64,000 nucleotides of DNA, taken from assembly GCA_963837955.1 (NCBI GenBank), contig CAWIPH010000002.1, positions 2,144,001 to 2,208,000 of the forward strand, written 5' to 3'. The translations under genes were made by a program, and so were the position numbers. The notes under the pieces are model-generated. The model made no database searches, was not told the DNA's origin, and saw nothing but the letters and a program-made list of their open reading frames with translations. Each line of letters opens with the position of its first letter. Position 1 is the stretch's first letter. Below are positions 26,769-37,094 of the stretch, piece after piece. The DNA is from an uncultured Verrucomicrobiae bacterium. GTDB lineage: Bacteria > Verrucomicrobiota > Verrucomicrobiia > Chthoniobacterales > JAFAMB01.

Positions 26769-27791
26769 ATGAAAAAGAAAGTTGAATGGGGAGTATTGGG
26801 AGTCGCTGAGATCGGGATGAAGAAAGTCATTCCAGCGATGCAGCGAGGCGAGTGGTGTGACGTCGCGGCCATCGCTTCCCGGGACCTGAAAAAGGCGCAA
26901 CAGGCCGCTAAACAACTGGGAATTCGCAAGGTTTACGGATCGTACGAGGAGCTTTTGGCTGATTCCGATGTCGAGGCCATTTACAATCCGCTACCGAATC
27001 ATCTGCATGTTCCGTGGTCGATCAAAGCGGCAGAAGCTGGAAAGCACGTCCTTTGCGAAAAGCCGATTAGCCTCACGGTTGAGGAAGCAATATCGCTGTT
27101 GAAAGTCCGCGATCGCACCGGCGTTAAGATTGAGGAGGCTTTCATGGTTCGTACTCATCCGCAATGGCGCGCTGCCGTTGAGTTGATCCAAACCGGCAAG
27201 ATCGGAAAGGTTCGATCGGTCGCTGGATGTTTCAGCTACGACAACCAGGATCCGCAGAACATTCGCAACATCCGCGAATACGGCGGCGGTGGGATGATGG
27301 ATATTGGTTGTTATCTTATTTTTACTTCCCGATTCATTTTCGGCGAAGAACCCACGAGGGTGTTTGGGGTCATTGAAGAAGATCCCAAGCTGCGGACCGA
27401 TGTGCTCTCCTCGGGTGTTATGCATTTTCCTTCCGGACACTCGGTATTCACCTGTAGCACGCAACTTGTCCCTTATCAGAAGGTACAGATCTTCGGAACC
27501 AAAGGCCGGATAGAGATAGAGATACCTTTCAACGCGCCGCCCGATCGACCTTGCCGGATATACGTAGACGACGGAGCCGATCCCTCCGGCCGAAGTGCGG
27601 AAGTTATAGAATTCGAGACGGCTGATCAATACACCATCCAGGGTGATCTGTTCTCAAGAAGCATTCGCGAGGGTTCAGAGCTGCCGGTTCCGCTAGAAGG
27701 CTCGATCAGGAATATGGCGGTGATTGAGGCGGTATTCCGCTCGACTGAATCTGGTAAATGGGAGCAGCCCATCGTGCCGACTGGGAAATAG
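26769..27791 (+). CDS. Gfo/Idh/MocA oxidoreductase
   Basis: IYNPLPNHLH, AGKHVLCEKP, GGGGMMDIGCY. Confidence 0.95.
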   Translation: MKKKVEWGVLGVAEIGMKKVIPAMQRGEWCDVAAIASRDLKKAQQAAKQLGIRKVYGSYEELLADSDVEAIYNPLPNHLHVPWSIKAAEAGKHVLCEKPISLTVEEAISLLKVRDRTGVKIEEAFMVRTHPQWRAAVELIQTGKIGKVRSVAGCFSYDNQDPQNIRNIREYGGGGMMDIGCYLIFTSRFIFGEEPTRVFGVIEEDPKLRTDVLSSGVMHFPSGHSVFTCSTQLVPYQKVQIFGTKGRIEIEIPFNAPPDRPCRIYVDDGADPSGRSAEVIEFETADQYTIQGDLFSRSIREGSELPVPLEGSIRNMAVIEAVFRSTESGKWEQPIVPTGK

Positions 27792-28030
27792 TAGGTGGGA
27801 AATAGCAGATAGCAAATAGCAAATGCCCGATAGCCCGCTACCCATGACGCTTGATAGACAGCCGCATGGTCCAGCTGCATCCTATACCTTCTTTCCTTTG
27901 CGTCTTTGCGTGAGTTATCTTTTATTCCGTCACGCCTACCCTTCGCCGTGACTCAGCCTAAGCCTCTCTGTTTCCTCCGTTACCTCCTGTTCAAATCGTC
28001 TTGCGTCTTTGCGTCTTTGCGCGAGATTTT

Positions 28031-28777
28031 CTACGCTGCCCAGCCGCCGTCGATAATGTGGATCTGCCCGGTGGTGAACGCGGACTCATCCGAGGCAAGG
28101 TAGAGGGCAAGTGCCGCGATTTCGGTCGGTTTCCCGAGGCGGCCCATTGGTTGGCGAGCAACAAAAGCATCTCGGATTTGGCCTTGGCTTTTGCCTTCCT
28201 GTTGGGCCTGGGTCGCGATTCGTTGATCGAGGGAAGGGGACTCGACTGTTCCCGGGCAGATGGCGTTGCACCGGATCTTTTCGCGGATAAAATCGACGGC
28301 AACGGATTTGGTCAGGCCGACCACTGCGGCCTTGGTGACGCTGTACAAAAACCGGTTCGGAACCGCTCTTACTCCGCCGGCTACGGAAGAGACATTAATG
28401 ATCGAACCGCCTCCGTTGCCGATCATGCCCGGAAGAAACGCTTTTATCATCCGGAACATCGAACGCACGTTAAGCGTCATCCCGAAATCCCAATCTTCTT
28501 CGGTGCAATCCTTGATGGAGCCAGAGTGAACAAATCCGGCACAGTTAAAGAGAACGTCGATCGGCCCGATTTTTTTGGCGCATTCTGCGATCATCTCCGG
28601 CTGCGTGACGTCGAGCTTTAGCGGCTGCACATTGTCCAATTTGGCCAAGGCGCTGTCATTAATATCGGCGGCGATCACCTGGGCGCCTTCTCTGGCAAAT
28701 GCTTCTGCTGTTGCCCGGCCAATGCCCTGTGCGGCTGCGGTAACGAGCGCGATCTTCCCGGATAAACGTCCACTCAT
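28031..28777 (-). CDS. SDR oxidoreductase (BDH2 / 2-keto-3-deoxy-L-fuconate dehydrogenase-like)
   Basis: TAAAQGIG, LFNCAGFVH, YSVTK, NAICPGTVESPSL. Confidence 0.92.
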   Translation of the reverse strand: MSGRLSGKIALVTAAAQGIGRATAEAFAREGAQVIAADINDSALAKLDNVQPLKLDVTQPEMIAECAKKIGPIDVLFNCAGFVHSGSIKDCTEEDWDFGMTLNVRSMFRMIKAFLPGMIGNGGGSIINVSSVAGGVRAVPNRFLYSVTKAAVVGLTKSVAVDFIREKIRCNAICPGTVESPSLDQRIATQAQQEGKSQGQIRDAFVARQPMGRLGKPTEIAALALYLASDESAFTTGQIHIIDGGWAA

Positions 28778-28837
28778 GAGAGTTCAACTGTTAACGATTA
28801 AGCCAAGTGGGCTTTAAGTTTGTTGCTGAGATTAGCA

Positions 28838-29641
28838 TCATTCCATCGCCCGGACCGTGTACCCTCCCGACTTCTCGTCAGCCTCCAATTTCAAAAGGCC
28901 GCGCTTCTGCCCCTCTAAGAGTAGATCGTTAAACGAGCGGAAGCCGTAAGCGCGCTCGTTGAAGCCCGGGTTCCGGCGCTTGATGGCTTGCTTGATCATG
29001 GAGCCCCAAATGCTCTCATCTTCCGCTCGTTCCTCGGTGATGGCTTCTAGCGTCTCGACCACGAGGTCCAACGCTTTGGCGACAGAGGGACCTTTGCTTT
29101 CGTCCGCCGAAACCCTGGCCGCGGAAACGGTCGCCGCGCTCCGCTTCCGAGTCTTTGACGGAGCGGCGCGGACCAAGTCATCGTAATATAGAAACTGGTC
29201 GCAGTTGTTGATGAACAGGTCGGAGGTGGAGTTCTTGACGCCAACGCCAATGACCGTTTTGGCGTTCTCCCGCAGCTTGCTCACAAGTGGGGAGAAATCC
29301 GAGTCGCCGCTGATGATGGCGAAGGTGTCCACGTGGCCCTTGGTGTAGCAGAGGTCGAGCGCGTCTACTACCATGCGGATGTCGGCGGAGTTCTTCCCCG
29401 ACTGGCGCAGATGGGGGATCTCGATGAGTTCGAAGGCGGCTTCGTGCAGGCTTCGCTTGAAGTCTTTATATCGGTCAAAGTCGCAGTAGGCTTTCTTAAC
29501 CACGATCTGCCCCTTGAGTAGGAGTCGCTCGAGCACTTTCTGGACATCGAATGCAGGGTAATGGGCAGCGTGGGCGCCGAGAGCGATGTTCTCCAGGTCG
29601 AGAAACACAGCCATGGTCGCATTGGAATCGTCGGCGCGCAT
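28838..29641 (-). CDS. NYN-domain protein with C-terminal OST-HTH/LOTUS
   Basis: FLDLEN, GKNSADIRMVVDA, SGDSDFSPL, PGFNERAYGFRSF. Confidence 0.93.
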   Translation of the reverse strand: MRADDSNATMAVFLDLENIALGAHAAHYPAFDVQKVLERLLLKGQIVVKKAYCDFDRYKDFKRSLHEAAFELIEIPHLRQSGKNSADIRMVVDALDLCYTKGHVDTFAIISGDSDFSPLVSKLRENAKTVIGVGVKNSTSDLFINNCDQFLYYDDLVRAAPSKTRKRSAATVSAARVSADESKGPSVAKALDLVVETLEAITEERAEDESIWGSMIKQAIKRRNPGFNERAYGFRSFNDLLLEGQKRGLLKLEADEKSGGYTVRAME

Positions 29642-29859
29642 ATTTACACTAATACCAGCCTGTGGAGGGAAAAACCACTAGCCTGATCCTCGTACACTTC
29701 GCCCGTCTCCCTTTCTTTCAGTCTTTAAAGAGCTCAACCAGGAGGCAGCAAACAGGGTTCTGTCTCTTGCGACAGCATTGCTACGGGTCAAATCTCGTTC
29801 TCCGGAGATACTTTTTTGTGGCGATTCGAGGACCTATGGCAAAGGTCCCTGGTCAGGTT

Positions 29860-29996
29860 GGGCTGCAGCGATTGTGAGAGGTGAGAAGTGATTGGTGATT
29901 AGTGGATACCTATCGGCAGGGAGCGGGGAGCCGGACGGGGTATGCCATTGCGTTGTCGACCGTCCGGCGTGTCGGAGACGCCAGGTAGCCGAAGGC
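29860..29996 (+). repeat. Solo left arm of the 13587-14279 nested element
   Basis: GGGCTGCAGCGATTGTGAGAGGTGAGAAGTGATTGGTGATTAGTGG...GCCGAAGGC matches 13661-13822. Confidence 0.85.
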
Positions 29997-30014
29997 TTAG
30001 ACAACAGCCGCTTG

Positions 30015-30275
30015 GCGTACCAGGATTCTGATTTTCGAAAGGCCGAGACTTTTCTAGCTGCGCTGGCATTTTACGAACTGGGTGGGTACGAAGTTTGTCT
30101 TCAGGCGGCGCGTAACTATCGGGTCCTGCAGCGGAAAGGGATCACTGTTCGCAAAACAATCGACGTTATCATTGCTACCGCCTGCATTGCCTGGAATTTG
30201 GAACTGCTGCATAACGACAGGGATTTCGGGGCTCTGCAACACTCCCTGGGATTACGAGTCGTCGGCAAGGGTTGA
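30015..30275 (+). pseudogene. C-terminal fragment of a PIN-domain (VapC-like) nuclease
   Basis: AARNYRVLQRKGITVRKTIDVIIATACI...LLHNDRDF; the N-terminal DT motif is missing and replaced by repeat sequence. Confidence 0.8.
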
Positions 30276-30348
30276 GTGCGTGCTAGTTTTACCGCGGGCC
30301 GAAGTAGACAGTCGGATCTTTAGGACCTAACTCTCGTTCCGGGTTACG

Positions 30349-31401
30349 CTACGAGGCCGGAACGAATCGCATCTGTTGGAATTGAGCAAAGAGCCGAAGC
30401 AGCATTTCCTCCGTATCGACCCATTCATGGAAGCCGAAGCGGCGGGACTTGGTCGTATCCGACATTATGTCGTACTCGAGGTTAAAAATTGCTTCTCCAA
30501 ACGGCCAGGCAGCAGCCTCCTGGAAGGAGTAGTCAAGAAGGCCGTGCTTCTTTACCAGAGTCTTCCAAATCGGTTCTTTGTCCGACATGAATTGGGCGAG
30601 GGGGAACCGCTGAGGCGGCGCGTACTCCATCTTGAAGAACTCGGCCAGCCGCGGCCAGACATTCTCCCAGCGATTGAAGTCTCCATTGGTGATATTGAAC
30701 GCTTGCCCGTCACACCGATCATTTTCGCCCGCCCAAACAATGGCTTTGGCCAAAAGCTCGGCATCTGTCATCTCCATCAGTGCGCGATATGCAGCGTTCG
30801 ATCCCGGGTAGCGGAGAGGCAAGCCCATCTCTTTGCAAAGAGCCGCGTAAACGGCGATGACCGTAGCCATGTTCATGGGATTCCCAACAGCAAAACCGCA
30901 GATTAACGATGGCCGCAACGCCGACCAGGACCACCCCTTTCCGGCCGAGCGATCTTGCAGATAATCTTGTTGGTCATAATAGAAATTTGGTCGCATATGG
31001 CGCGGGTCAGTCTCTTTGGCGGGCGTCTTATACGGACCGAGGTGCGCGCCGTAGAACTTGGCGCCTTCGAGCAGGACCACCTTCCGAAACGTTTTGGAGG
31101 CTCGTTCCACGGTTTCAACAGTATTAGCGAGCATGGCTAAGTTAGGAGATACCTCGGCAAAGAAATCGGCCGCCGGTTGCAGCGCCGCGTAGAAGATGTG
31201 CGTCACATCACCGATCCCACTCAGCCGGGATTCAACCTCGGACCGATTCAAAAGATCGACCGAAATAAGTTGAGCGGGAGGTCGAATTTCGGAGCTTCGC
31301 CGAGACAGCCCGATCACCTCCCAATCGCCCAGTGAAACGAGATGATTGACCAGCGTTCGCCCAGTTACACCGAGCGCTCCAGCGACCAAGGCTTTCTTCA
31401 T
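30349..31401 (-). CDS. Atypical SDR, PRISE / progesterone 5-beta-reductase-like
   Basis: GALGVTG, GLSRR, GAKFYG, PNFYYDQ, WSALRP, FNITNGD. Confidence 0.9.
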   Translation of the reverse strand: MKKALVAGALGVTGRTLVNHLVSLGDWEVIGLSRRSSEIRPPAQLISVDLLNRSEVESRLSGIGDVTHIFYAALQPAADFFAEVSPNLAMLANTVETVERASKTFRKVVLLEGAKFYGAHLGPYKTPAKETDPRHMRPNFYYDQQDYLQDRSAGKGWSWSALRPSLICGFAVGNPMNMATVIAVYAALCKEMGLPLRYPGSNAAYRALMEMTDAELLAKAIVWAGENDRCDGQAFNITNGDFNRWENVWPRLAEFFKMEYAPPQRFPLAQFMSDKEPIWKTLVKKHGLLDYSFQEAAAWPFGEAIFNLEYDIMSDTTKSRRFGFHEWVDTEEMLLRLFAQFQQMRFVPAS

Positions 31402-31524
31402 ACGGAAATCAGGTATTCGGGCAAAAGCTTCCCTTATTCGCCGGCGCTCGTCGAGCGTCGTAACTGCGATTCAGCCTGCCACTTGTGAATGACGATCGCG
31501 AAGCCATCAGGATCAAAAACGATT

Positions 31525-32388
31525 CTAAACATGCTCCAGTCGCTGGAGTTGTTCCGGCGAAAGAGCCAGCGTGGCCGCAGCTAGATTTTCTTCCAGATGC
31601 TGTTGTGATCGAGTGCCGGGAATCGGGATGATGTTTGGCGCTCGGTGCAACAGCCAAGCCAGCGCTACTTGCGTCCGGGTCGCTTTGAGCTCGCTGGCAA
31701 TCTCTGCCAAGACTCCGTCAGCGGAGGCGAGGGGTGCACCCGCCTGCATGGGGTCAGCTCCGAGCGGTCCATAGGGTAGAAAGGCGATGCTCTGGCTCGC
31801 ACAAAATTCCAGGATTGAATCGCTTTCGTGCTCAGCCACGCTGAACCGATTTTGTACCGAAGCAATCGGGGCTACGGTCAGTGCTTCCTTAACCTGATCG
31901 AGGGTCACATTGGAAATGCCGATCCGGCGGATTTTTCCTTCTTTTTGCAGCGTAGCGAGACCAGCGATCGACTCGGATAACGGAACGTTTGGGTCGACCC
32001 AATGAAGTTGGTAGAGATCGATGCAATCGGTCCGAAGGTTTTTGAGGCTCTCTTCGCAATCGCGCCTCAACCCGTCTGGGCTTCCGTCTAGATACCGTTC
32101 GGTAGCAGATTTTTTGACCACTCCGCCTTTAGTGGCGATAAAGAGGCCGGCCGGGTAGGGGTGGAGCGATTCGCTGATTAGTTTTTCGTTCCATCCAGGA
32201 CCGTAAGCACGCGCTGTATCAATGAAGTTAACGCCTAAATCGATCAGCCGAGTCAGCAATTTCTTGCCTTCATCCCATGCTTCATACGGTCCAAAATTAC
32301 TGGGCTGTCCGGTCAGACGCATCGCGCCGTAGGCCATACGGCGCACGGTGGCGCCGTCCGAAAAGCGAAAGCTAGAAGAAGGTGACAT
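31525..32388 (-). CDS. Aldo/keto reductase
   Basis: YGAMRL, FIDTARAYG, IATKGG, IDLYQLH, IPIPGT; start placed at ATG 32388. Confidence 0.93.
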   Translation of the reverse strand: MSPSSSFRFSDGATVRRMAYGAMRLTGQPSNFGPYEAWDEGKKLLTRLIDLGVNFIDTARAYGPGWNEKLISESLHPYPAGLFIATKGGVVKKSATERYLDGSPDGLRRDCEESLKNLRTDCIDLYQLHWVDPNVPLSESIAGLATLQKEGKIRRIGISNVTLDQVKEALTVAPIASVQNRFSVAEHESDSILEFCASQSIAFLPYGPLGADPMQAGAPLASADGVLAEIASELKATRTQVALAWLLHRAPNIIPIPGTRSQQHLEENLAAATLALSPEQLQRLEHV

Positions 32389-32592
32389 TGATTGAAAATG
32401 GCACAGTTCCTTGTGCCTTTCTGTGAGATGTAATGACACGCCTAAGTCACTAGATCCACTATTGCTACCGTAATGTTCGGTATTTCGCAGCCGAATGAAC
32501 TTCCCATCGCAGCAAGAAACCGATAAAGAAAAGAGCAAAAGAGCCGCAATTGAATAACGCATGGACGAGCGAAGTAGCAGGGCTAAGCACCA

Positions 32593-33495
32593 ATGCGTAG
32601 AGACAGTTTTCCTTTGAAAATCGGGGCTAAAGAGAACCAATTTGTTCTCTGGATCGTCTTGTCCGTTAGTCTTCTGGCCATATTCGGCCCGAGCGCTTAT
32701 GCCCAGGATCGGAGCTACAGCAGCGCCGACTTCACACGGTACGCAATGAAGCTGCGCCAAACGGAACTGCTGAAGATCAGCCCCCGCACTATTATGACAC
32801 CGAGCAGCACCGTCTCTGGCGGAAGCGGTTTTGGGTCACCCGGTACGTCCTCTTTCGTCAGCCGGATCGGGTGGAAGGCCAACATCTCCACTACCGTCTT
32901 TTGGATCGGTGAAAAGGCGGCCGTCAACAACCCGGTTCCTAACGATAAAAGCGCTTGGGACGGAGGGTGGTACTCAAGCTATGGCGGCTACGACAACCCT
33001 AACCCGGGAGCTCGAGTGAATTTCGTCCCGATCAACTTTCTTCCTCGGCAAAATCCATTCTACGTAGCTCTGCCCTACAACGATGTCGACAATCATCACA
33101 CCAAGACGGAAGCCGCGCAGGTAATTCCCTGGTTCAAGAGTTGCTTTATCCGAGATGGACAATCGGTGTGCAAAGGTCGATGGGTGGCGATCCGGCACGG
33201 AAACCGAGTCTGTTACGCCCAATGGGAAGATGTTGGACCGTTCTGCACCGATCATTGGCAGTACGTCTTCGGCAACGACCGCCCCAGACCGAATCGAAAC
33301 CACGATGCTGGACTGGATGTTTCTCCGGCTGTTCGCGATTATTTAGGATTGGCCGGCCTGGACGTTTGTGACTGGAAGTTCGTCGACTTTCGGATCATAC
33401 CGCCAGGTCCTTGGACGAGGTATGGCGATAACAACACGTTTGTTCGGCTTCGGCGCCAGGGCGTGACCTCAATCGCCAGCCAAAGCGTCCATTAA
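32593..33495 (+). CDS. Secreted protein with a putative RlpA-like double-psi beta-barrel domain
   Basis: Signal-like N-terminus; FYVALP, CKGRWVAI, WEDVGP and GLDVSPA motifs. Confidence 0.6.
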   Translation: MRRDSFPLKIGAKENQFVLWIVLSVSLLAIFGPSAYAQDRSYSSADFTRYAMKLRQTELLKISPRTIMTPSSTVSGGSGFGSPGTSSFVSRIGWKANISTTVFWIGEKAAVNNPVPNDKSAWDGGWYSSYGGYDNPNPGARVNFVPINFLPRQNPFYVALPYNDVDNHHTKTEAAQVIPWFKSCFIRDGQSVCKGRWVAIRHGNRVCYAQWEDVGPFCTDHWQYVFGNDRPRPNRNHDAGLDVSPAVRDYLGLAGLDVCDWKFVDFRIIPPGPWTRYGDNNTFVRLRRQGVTSIASQSVH

Positions 33496-33794
33496 GGCGG
33501 CATACGATCCGCAGACGTCGGAGGGCGCGTCGCTTGCGACGCCCGGGAACAACCCCCGACAAATCGATGGCCTTTGGCGTTTCCACGATCCAACTTTCAG
33601 GAACCAGATTTGTGGTCTCGATTCCTCGGTGCGCAGATTTCGCAGATTCATGCAGTGCAGTCCTCCGCGAGCAGTTCAGTTGGCCCAACCAAGCACCGAA
33701 AGTTGGACCTAGCCATTTAGCTTGAGCTTCTCACAGACTGGGACTCCTTGGTCTCCAGCGGCCCTCTACTGAGAGCTTATAAGGTCGTTAGAAA

Positions 33795-33870
33795 AATCTG
33801 CGTAATCTGTGTAATCTGCGGATTATTCCTCTGCGGAAGCGACCTCGATCTGCGGATTATTCCTCTGCGG
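33795..33870. repeat. AATCTG[C/T]GT nonamer-type repeat with ATCTGCGGATTATTCCTCTGCGG
   Basis: The same motif forms an inverted pair at about 47252-47320 and 47458-47492. Confidence 0.75.
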
Positions 33871-33885
33871 TTCGGCGCGATCGGC

Positions 33886-36800
33886 CTAACGCACGGATTC
33901 CGCCAGCAGTTTCCGTTTCTGTGGTTCAGGGCGACTGCGCCGGTCAAGCCTGCTTCTCCGTCCAAACTTTGTCACGATCACGTAAAAGATAGGGGTCAGG
34001 AATAAGCCAAACAGGGTAACCCCGATCATACCCGAAAACGTTGCGATACCCATGGCGTGCCGCATCTCAGCGCCGGCACCATGCGATGCAACCAGCGGCC
34101 AGACACCGGCAATAAACGCGGTTGAAGTCATGAGGATCGGCCGAAGACGCAGCTGACAAGCTGATAGAGCCGCCTTCTCCGGTGTAAGTTTTTCCTCTTG
34201 GGCTTTTGCCTTGGCAAACTCGACGATGAGGATGGCATTCTTGCAGGCTAGACCAATCAGCACGATCAGACCGATCTGAGTGAAGATATTGTTGTCTCCG
34301 CCGTCAATCCGCACGCCGAGCAAAGCGAACAATAAGCAGAGGGGAACAATCAGCACGATGGCTAACGGTAAACGCAGGCTTTCGTACTGAGCTGCCAGCA
34401 CAAGGAAGACCAGCAAGACGCAAAGCGGGAAGATGTAGATCGCAGTATTCCCGGCGATGACTTTTTGGAACGTGAGATCTGTCCATTCAAATGACATGCC
34501 TTTCGGCAACGCATCGGAAACAACGCGAGCCATCGCAGCTTCGGCCTGTCCGCTACTGAACCCTCTACCCGGAGCACCGTTGATCGGGGCAGTGAGGTAA
34601 CTATTGTAGTGTTCGGCCCGATCTGGACCGTAGCTTTCTTTGACTTTCACTATTGAGCCGACCGGAACAATCAGCCCGCTCTTGTTCCTGACTTTCAGAG
34701 CCACGATATCGGAGGGTTTTTTTCTAAATTTTTCATCGGCCTGAGCGATAACTTGGTAGGTGCGTCCGAACCGATTGAAATCATTGATGTAAAGCGATCC
34801 GAGATTGACCTGCAAGGCGTTCGCCACATCGGTCTTGGTCAGACCAACCGTAGCAGCCTTTTCCACATCGATATCCGCCTTCAGCTGCGGCACATTGATG
34901 GTGAAGCCGGTAAAGAGATTTCCAAGCTCCGGCGTCGCCGAAGCTCGCTTGAGCACTTCTTGGGTGGCGTTATAGAGAGTTTCGTAGCCAAGACCGGCTC
35001 GATCTTCCAATTGTATCCGAAACCCGCCGATCGTCCCAAGACCTTGGACTGGCGGAGGAGGGAAGATGGCGATAAAGGCACTTTGGATGGACCCGAATTT
35101 TTGCTGGAGATCGTTCGCTACGGCAAATCCACTAAGCTGGGGGGTCGTGCGTTCTTCAAAGGGCTTCAGCGTCACAAACACGATGCCCGAATTGGTACTA
35201 TTTGTGAACCCATTAATGGATAATCCCGGAAAAGCGACAGCGCTTTCCACTGCCGGGTGGTGTAGGGCGATCTCGCTCATTTGCCGTATCACGGTATCGG
35301 TACGATCGAGCGAGGCGGCTTCGGGCAGCTGAGCAAAAGCGACCAGATACTGTTTGTCTTGAATTGGGATGAATCCGGTTGGGGTAGTTTGAAACATCTG
35401 GAACGTTAGCGCCACTAACGCTGCGTAAATGACGAGAGCAAAGATCGCTCGCCGCAGCAGCCCCTTTACGACATTTGAGTACAATGTCGCGGACCAACGG
35501 AAGATTCGATTGAACAGCCGAAAGAACCAGCCAAACAGAAAATGCAGGACCCGGGTGACCCTATCTTCTGGCGCGTGAGCCGGGCGCAGCAAGATCGCGC
35601 ACAGGGCGGGGCTGAGCGTTAGCGAGTTGAAAGCGCTGATCACCGTCGAGATCGCAATGGTGAGGGCGAACTGTCGATAGAATTGGCCGGTCAGCCCGCT
35701 GATGAATGCAGTCGGGACGAATACGGCGCAAAGGACCAGAGCAGTCGCGATGATCGGTCCGGTGACTTCTTTCATTGCCTGGTTTGTCGCGTCGCGAGGC
35801 GATAGTCCGAGATGAATATTTCTCTCGACATTTTCGACCACGACAATGGCGTCATCCACGACGATCCCGATGGCCAAGACCAGGCCAAACAAGGATAGCG
35901 CGTTGATCGAAAATCCAAGCGCTAACATTACGGCAAATGTGCCAATCAATGAGACCGGGACAGCGGCCAATGGAATGATCGAGGCACGCCAAGTTTGGAG
36001 AAAGACGAGCACAACGATCACCACCAGGATCAGAGCCTCAATGAGCGTATGCACAACCGCCTCGATTGAGTGCCGAACGAAGACTGTAGGATCATAGACG
36101 ACGCTATAATCAAGGCCTTCCGGGAAATCGCGCTTCAACTCGGCCATCGCCTTTCGCACATTATCAGAGAGCTCGATAGCGTTTGAGCCTGGCAGCTGAA
36201 AAATCGGAAGAGCTACCGCTGCTTTGTTATCGAGAAGACTGCGAAGCGAGTAATCTGAGGCGCCTAGCTCGATCCGGGCAACATCACGCAAGAGAATGGT
36301 CTCACCATGAGACCCGGTCTTCACAATGATCCCAGAAAATTCTTGCTCGTCGATCAGGCGCCCATTCGTGTTGACCGTCAAGGCGAGGTCTGATCCCGAT
36401 TTTTGTGGTTCTTGGCCGATGCTGCCGGCCGCTACCTGCGCGTTTTGCTCGGAGATCGCGGTAATGACATCGGCCGCCGTCAGTCCTCGGGCCTCCAGCT
36501 TTTCCGGATCAAGCCACACTCGCATGGCGTAATCCCCAGAGCCGAATATCTGCACCTGACCTACGCCAGGGAGTCGAGCGAGCACATCCTTCACCTGAAG
36601 CGTCGCGTAGTTGCGAACATAAATGTCATCGTATATCCCGGTCGGGCTGAAAAGGTGCACAACCATCGTCAGATCAGGCGAACTCTTGAGCGTGGTCACT
36701 CCCAGACGCTGAACTTCCACCGGGAGCTTGGGTAAGGCTTGAGAAACGCGATTCTGGACCTGCACCTGCGCCTTATCGAGGTCAGTGCCGAGCTTAAACG

Positions 36801-37083
36801 TGATCGTCAGCGTCATGACTCCGTCGGTGGTAGCCTGAGAAGACATGTAAAGGCTGTTTTCAACACCCGTAATGACCTGTTCGAGCGGCGAAGAAACCGT
36901 TTCCGCGATCGTTTTTGGGTTAGCTCCGGGGTAGGTTGCCCGCACTACCACAGTCGGAGGCACCACTTCAGGATATTCACTGATCGGCAAAAATTTCAGT
37001 GCAATTAACCCGATCAGCAAAATTACCAGCGAAAGGACGCAGGCAAAGACCGGACGTCCGATGAAAAATCGAGAAATGTTCAT
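33886..37083 (-). CDS. RND efflux permease, HAE1 (MexF/OqxB/BpeF-like)
   Basis: MNISRFFIGRPVFA, LPISEYPEVVPP, KSSPDLTMVVHL, GIVVDDAIVVVENVER, GLACKNAILIVEFA. Confidence 0.96.
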   Translation of the reverse strand: MNISRFFIGRPVFACVLSLVILLIGLIALKFLPISEYPEVVPPTVVVRATYPGANPKTIAETVSSPLEQVITGVENSLYMSSQATTDGVMTLTITFKLGTDLDKAQVQVQNRVSQALPKLPVEVQRLGVTTLKSSPDLTMVVHLFSPTGIYDDIYVRNYATLQVKDVLARLPGVGQVQIFGSGDYAMRVWLDPEKLEARGLTAADVITAISEQNAQVAAGSIGQEPQKSGSDLALTVNTNGRLIDEQEFSGIIVKTGSHGETILLRDVARIELGASDYSLRSLLDNKAAVALPIFQLPGSNAIELSDNVRKAMAELKRDFPEGLDYSVVYDPTVFVRHSIEAVVHTLIEALILVVIVVLVFLQTWRASIIPLAAVPVSLIGTFAVMLALGFSINALSLFGLVLAIGIVVDDAIVVVENVERNIHLGLSPRDATNQAMKEVTGPIIATALVLCAVFVPTAFISGLTGQFYRQFALTIAISTVISAFNSLTLSPALCAILLRPAHAPEDRVTRVLHFLFGWFFRLFNRIFRWSATLYSNVVKGLLRRAIFALVIYAALVALTFQMFQTTPTGFIPIQDKQYLVAFAQLPEAASLDRTDTVIRQMSEIALHHPAVESAVAFPGLSINGFTNSTNSGIVFVTLKPFEERTTPQLSGFAVANDLQQKFGSIQSAFIAIFPPPPVQGLGTIGGFRIQLEDRAGLGYETLYNATQEVLKRASATPELGNLFTGFTINVPQLKADIDVEKAATVGLTKTDVANALQVNLGSLYINDFNRFGRTYQVIAQADEKFRKKPSDIVALKVRNKSGLIVPVGSIVKVKESYGPDRAEHYNSYLTAPINGAPGRGFSSGQAEAAMARVVSDALPKGMSFEWTDLTFQKVIAGNTAIYIFPLCVLLVFLVLAAQYESLRLPLAIVLIVPLCLLFALLGVRIDGGDNNIFTQIGLIVLIGLACKNAILIVEFAKAKAQEEKLTPEKAALSACQLRLRPILMTSTAFIAGVWPLVASHGAGAEMRHAMGIATFSGMIGVTLFGLFLTPIFYVIVTKFGRRSRLDRRSRPEPQKRKLLAESVR

Positions 37084-37094
37084 GATCGGCCCTT

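Noticed and set aside
29892..30275. Full-length 127-aa PIN toxin
   Set aside because: The first 35 or so codons are repeat-derived and lack the catalytic N-terminal Asp motif.
32389..32760. 123-aa N-terminal extension of the aldo/keto reductase
   Set aside because: It overlaps the divergent gene and the AKR fold starts at about 32388; treated as open frame, not a fusion.
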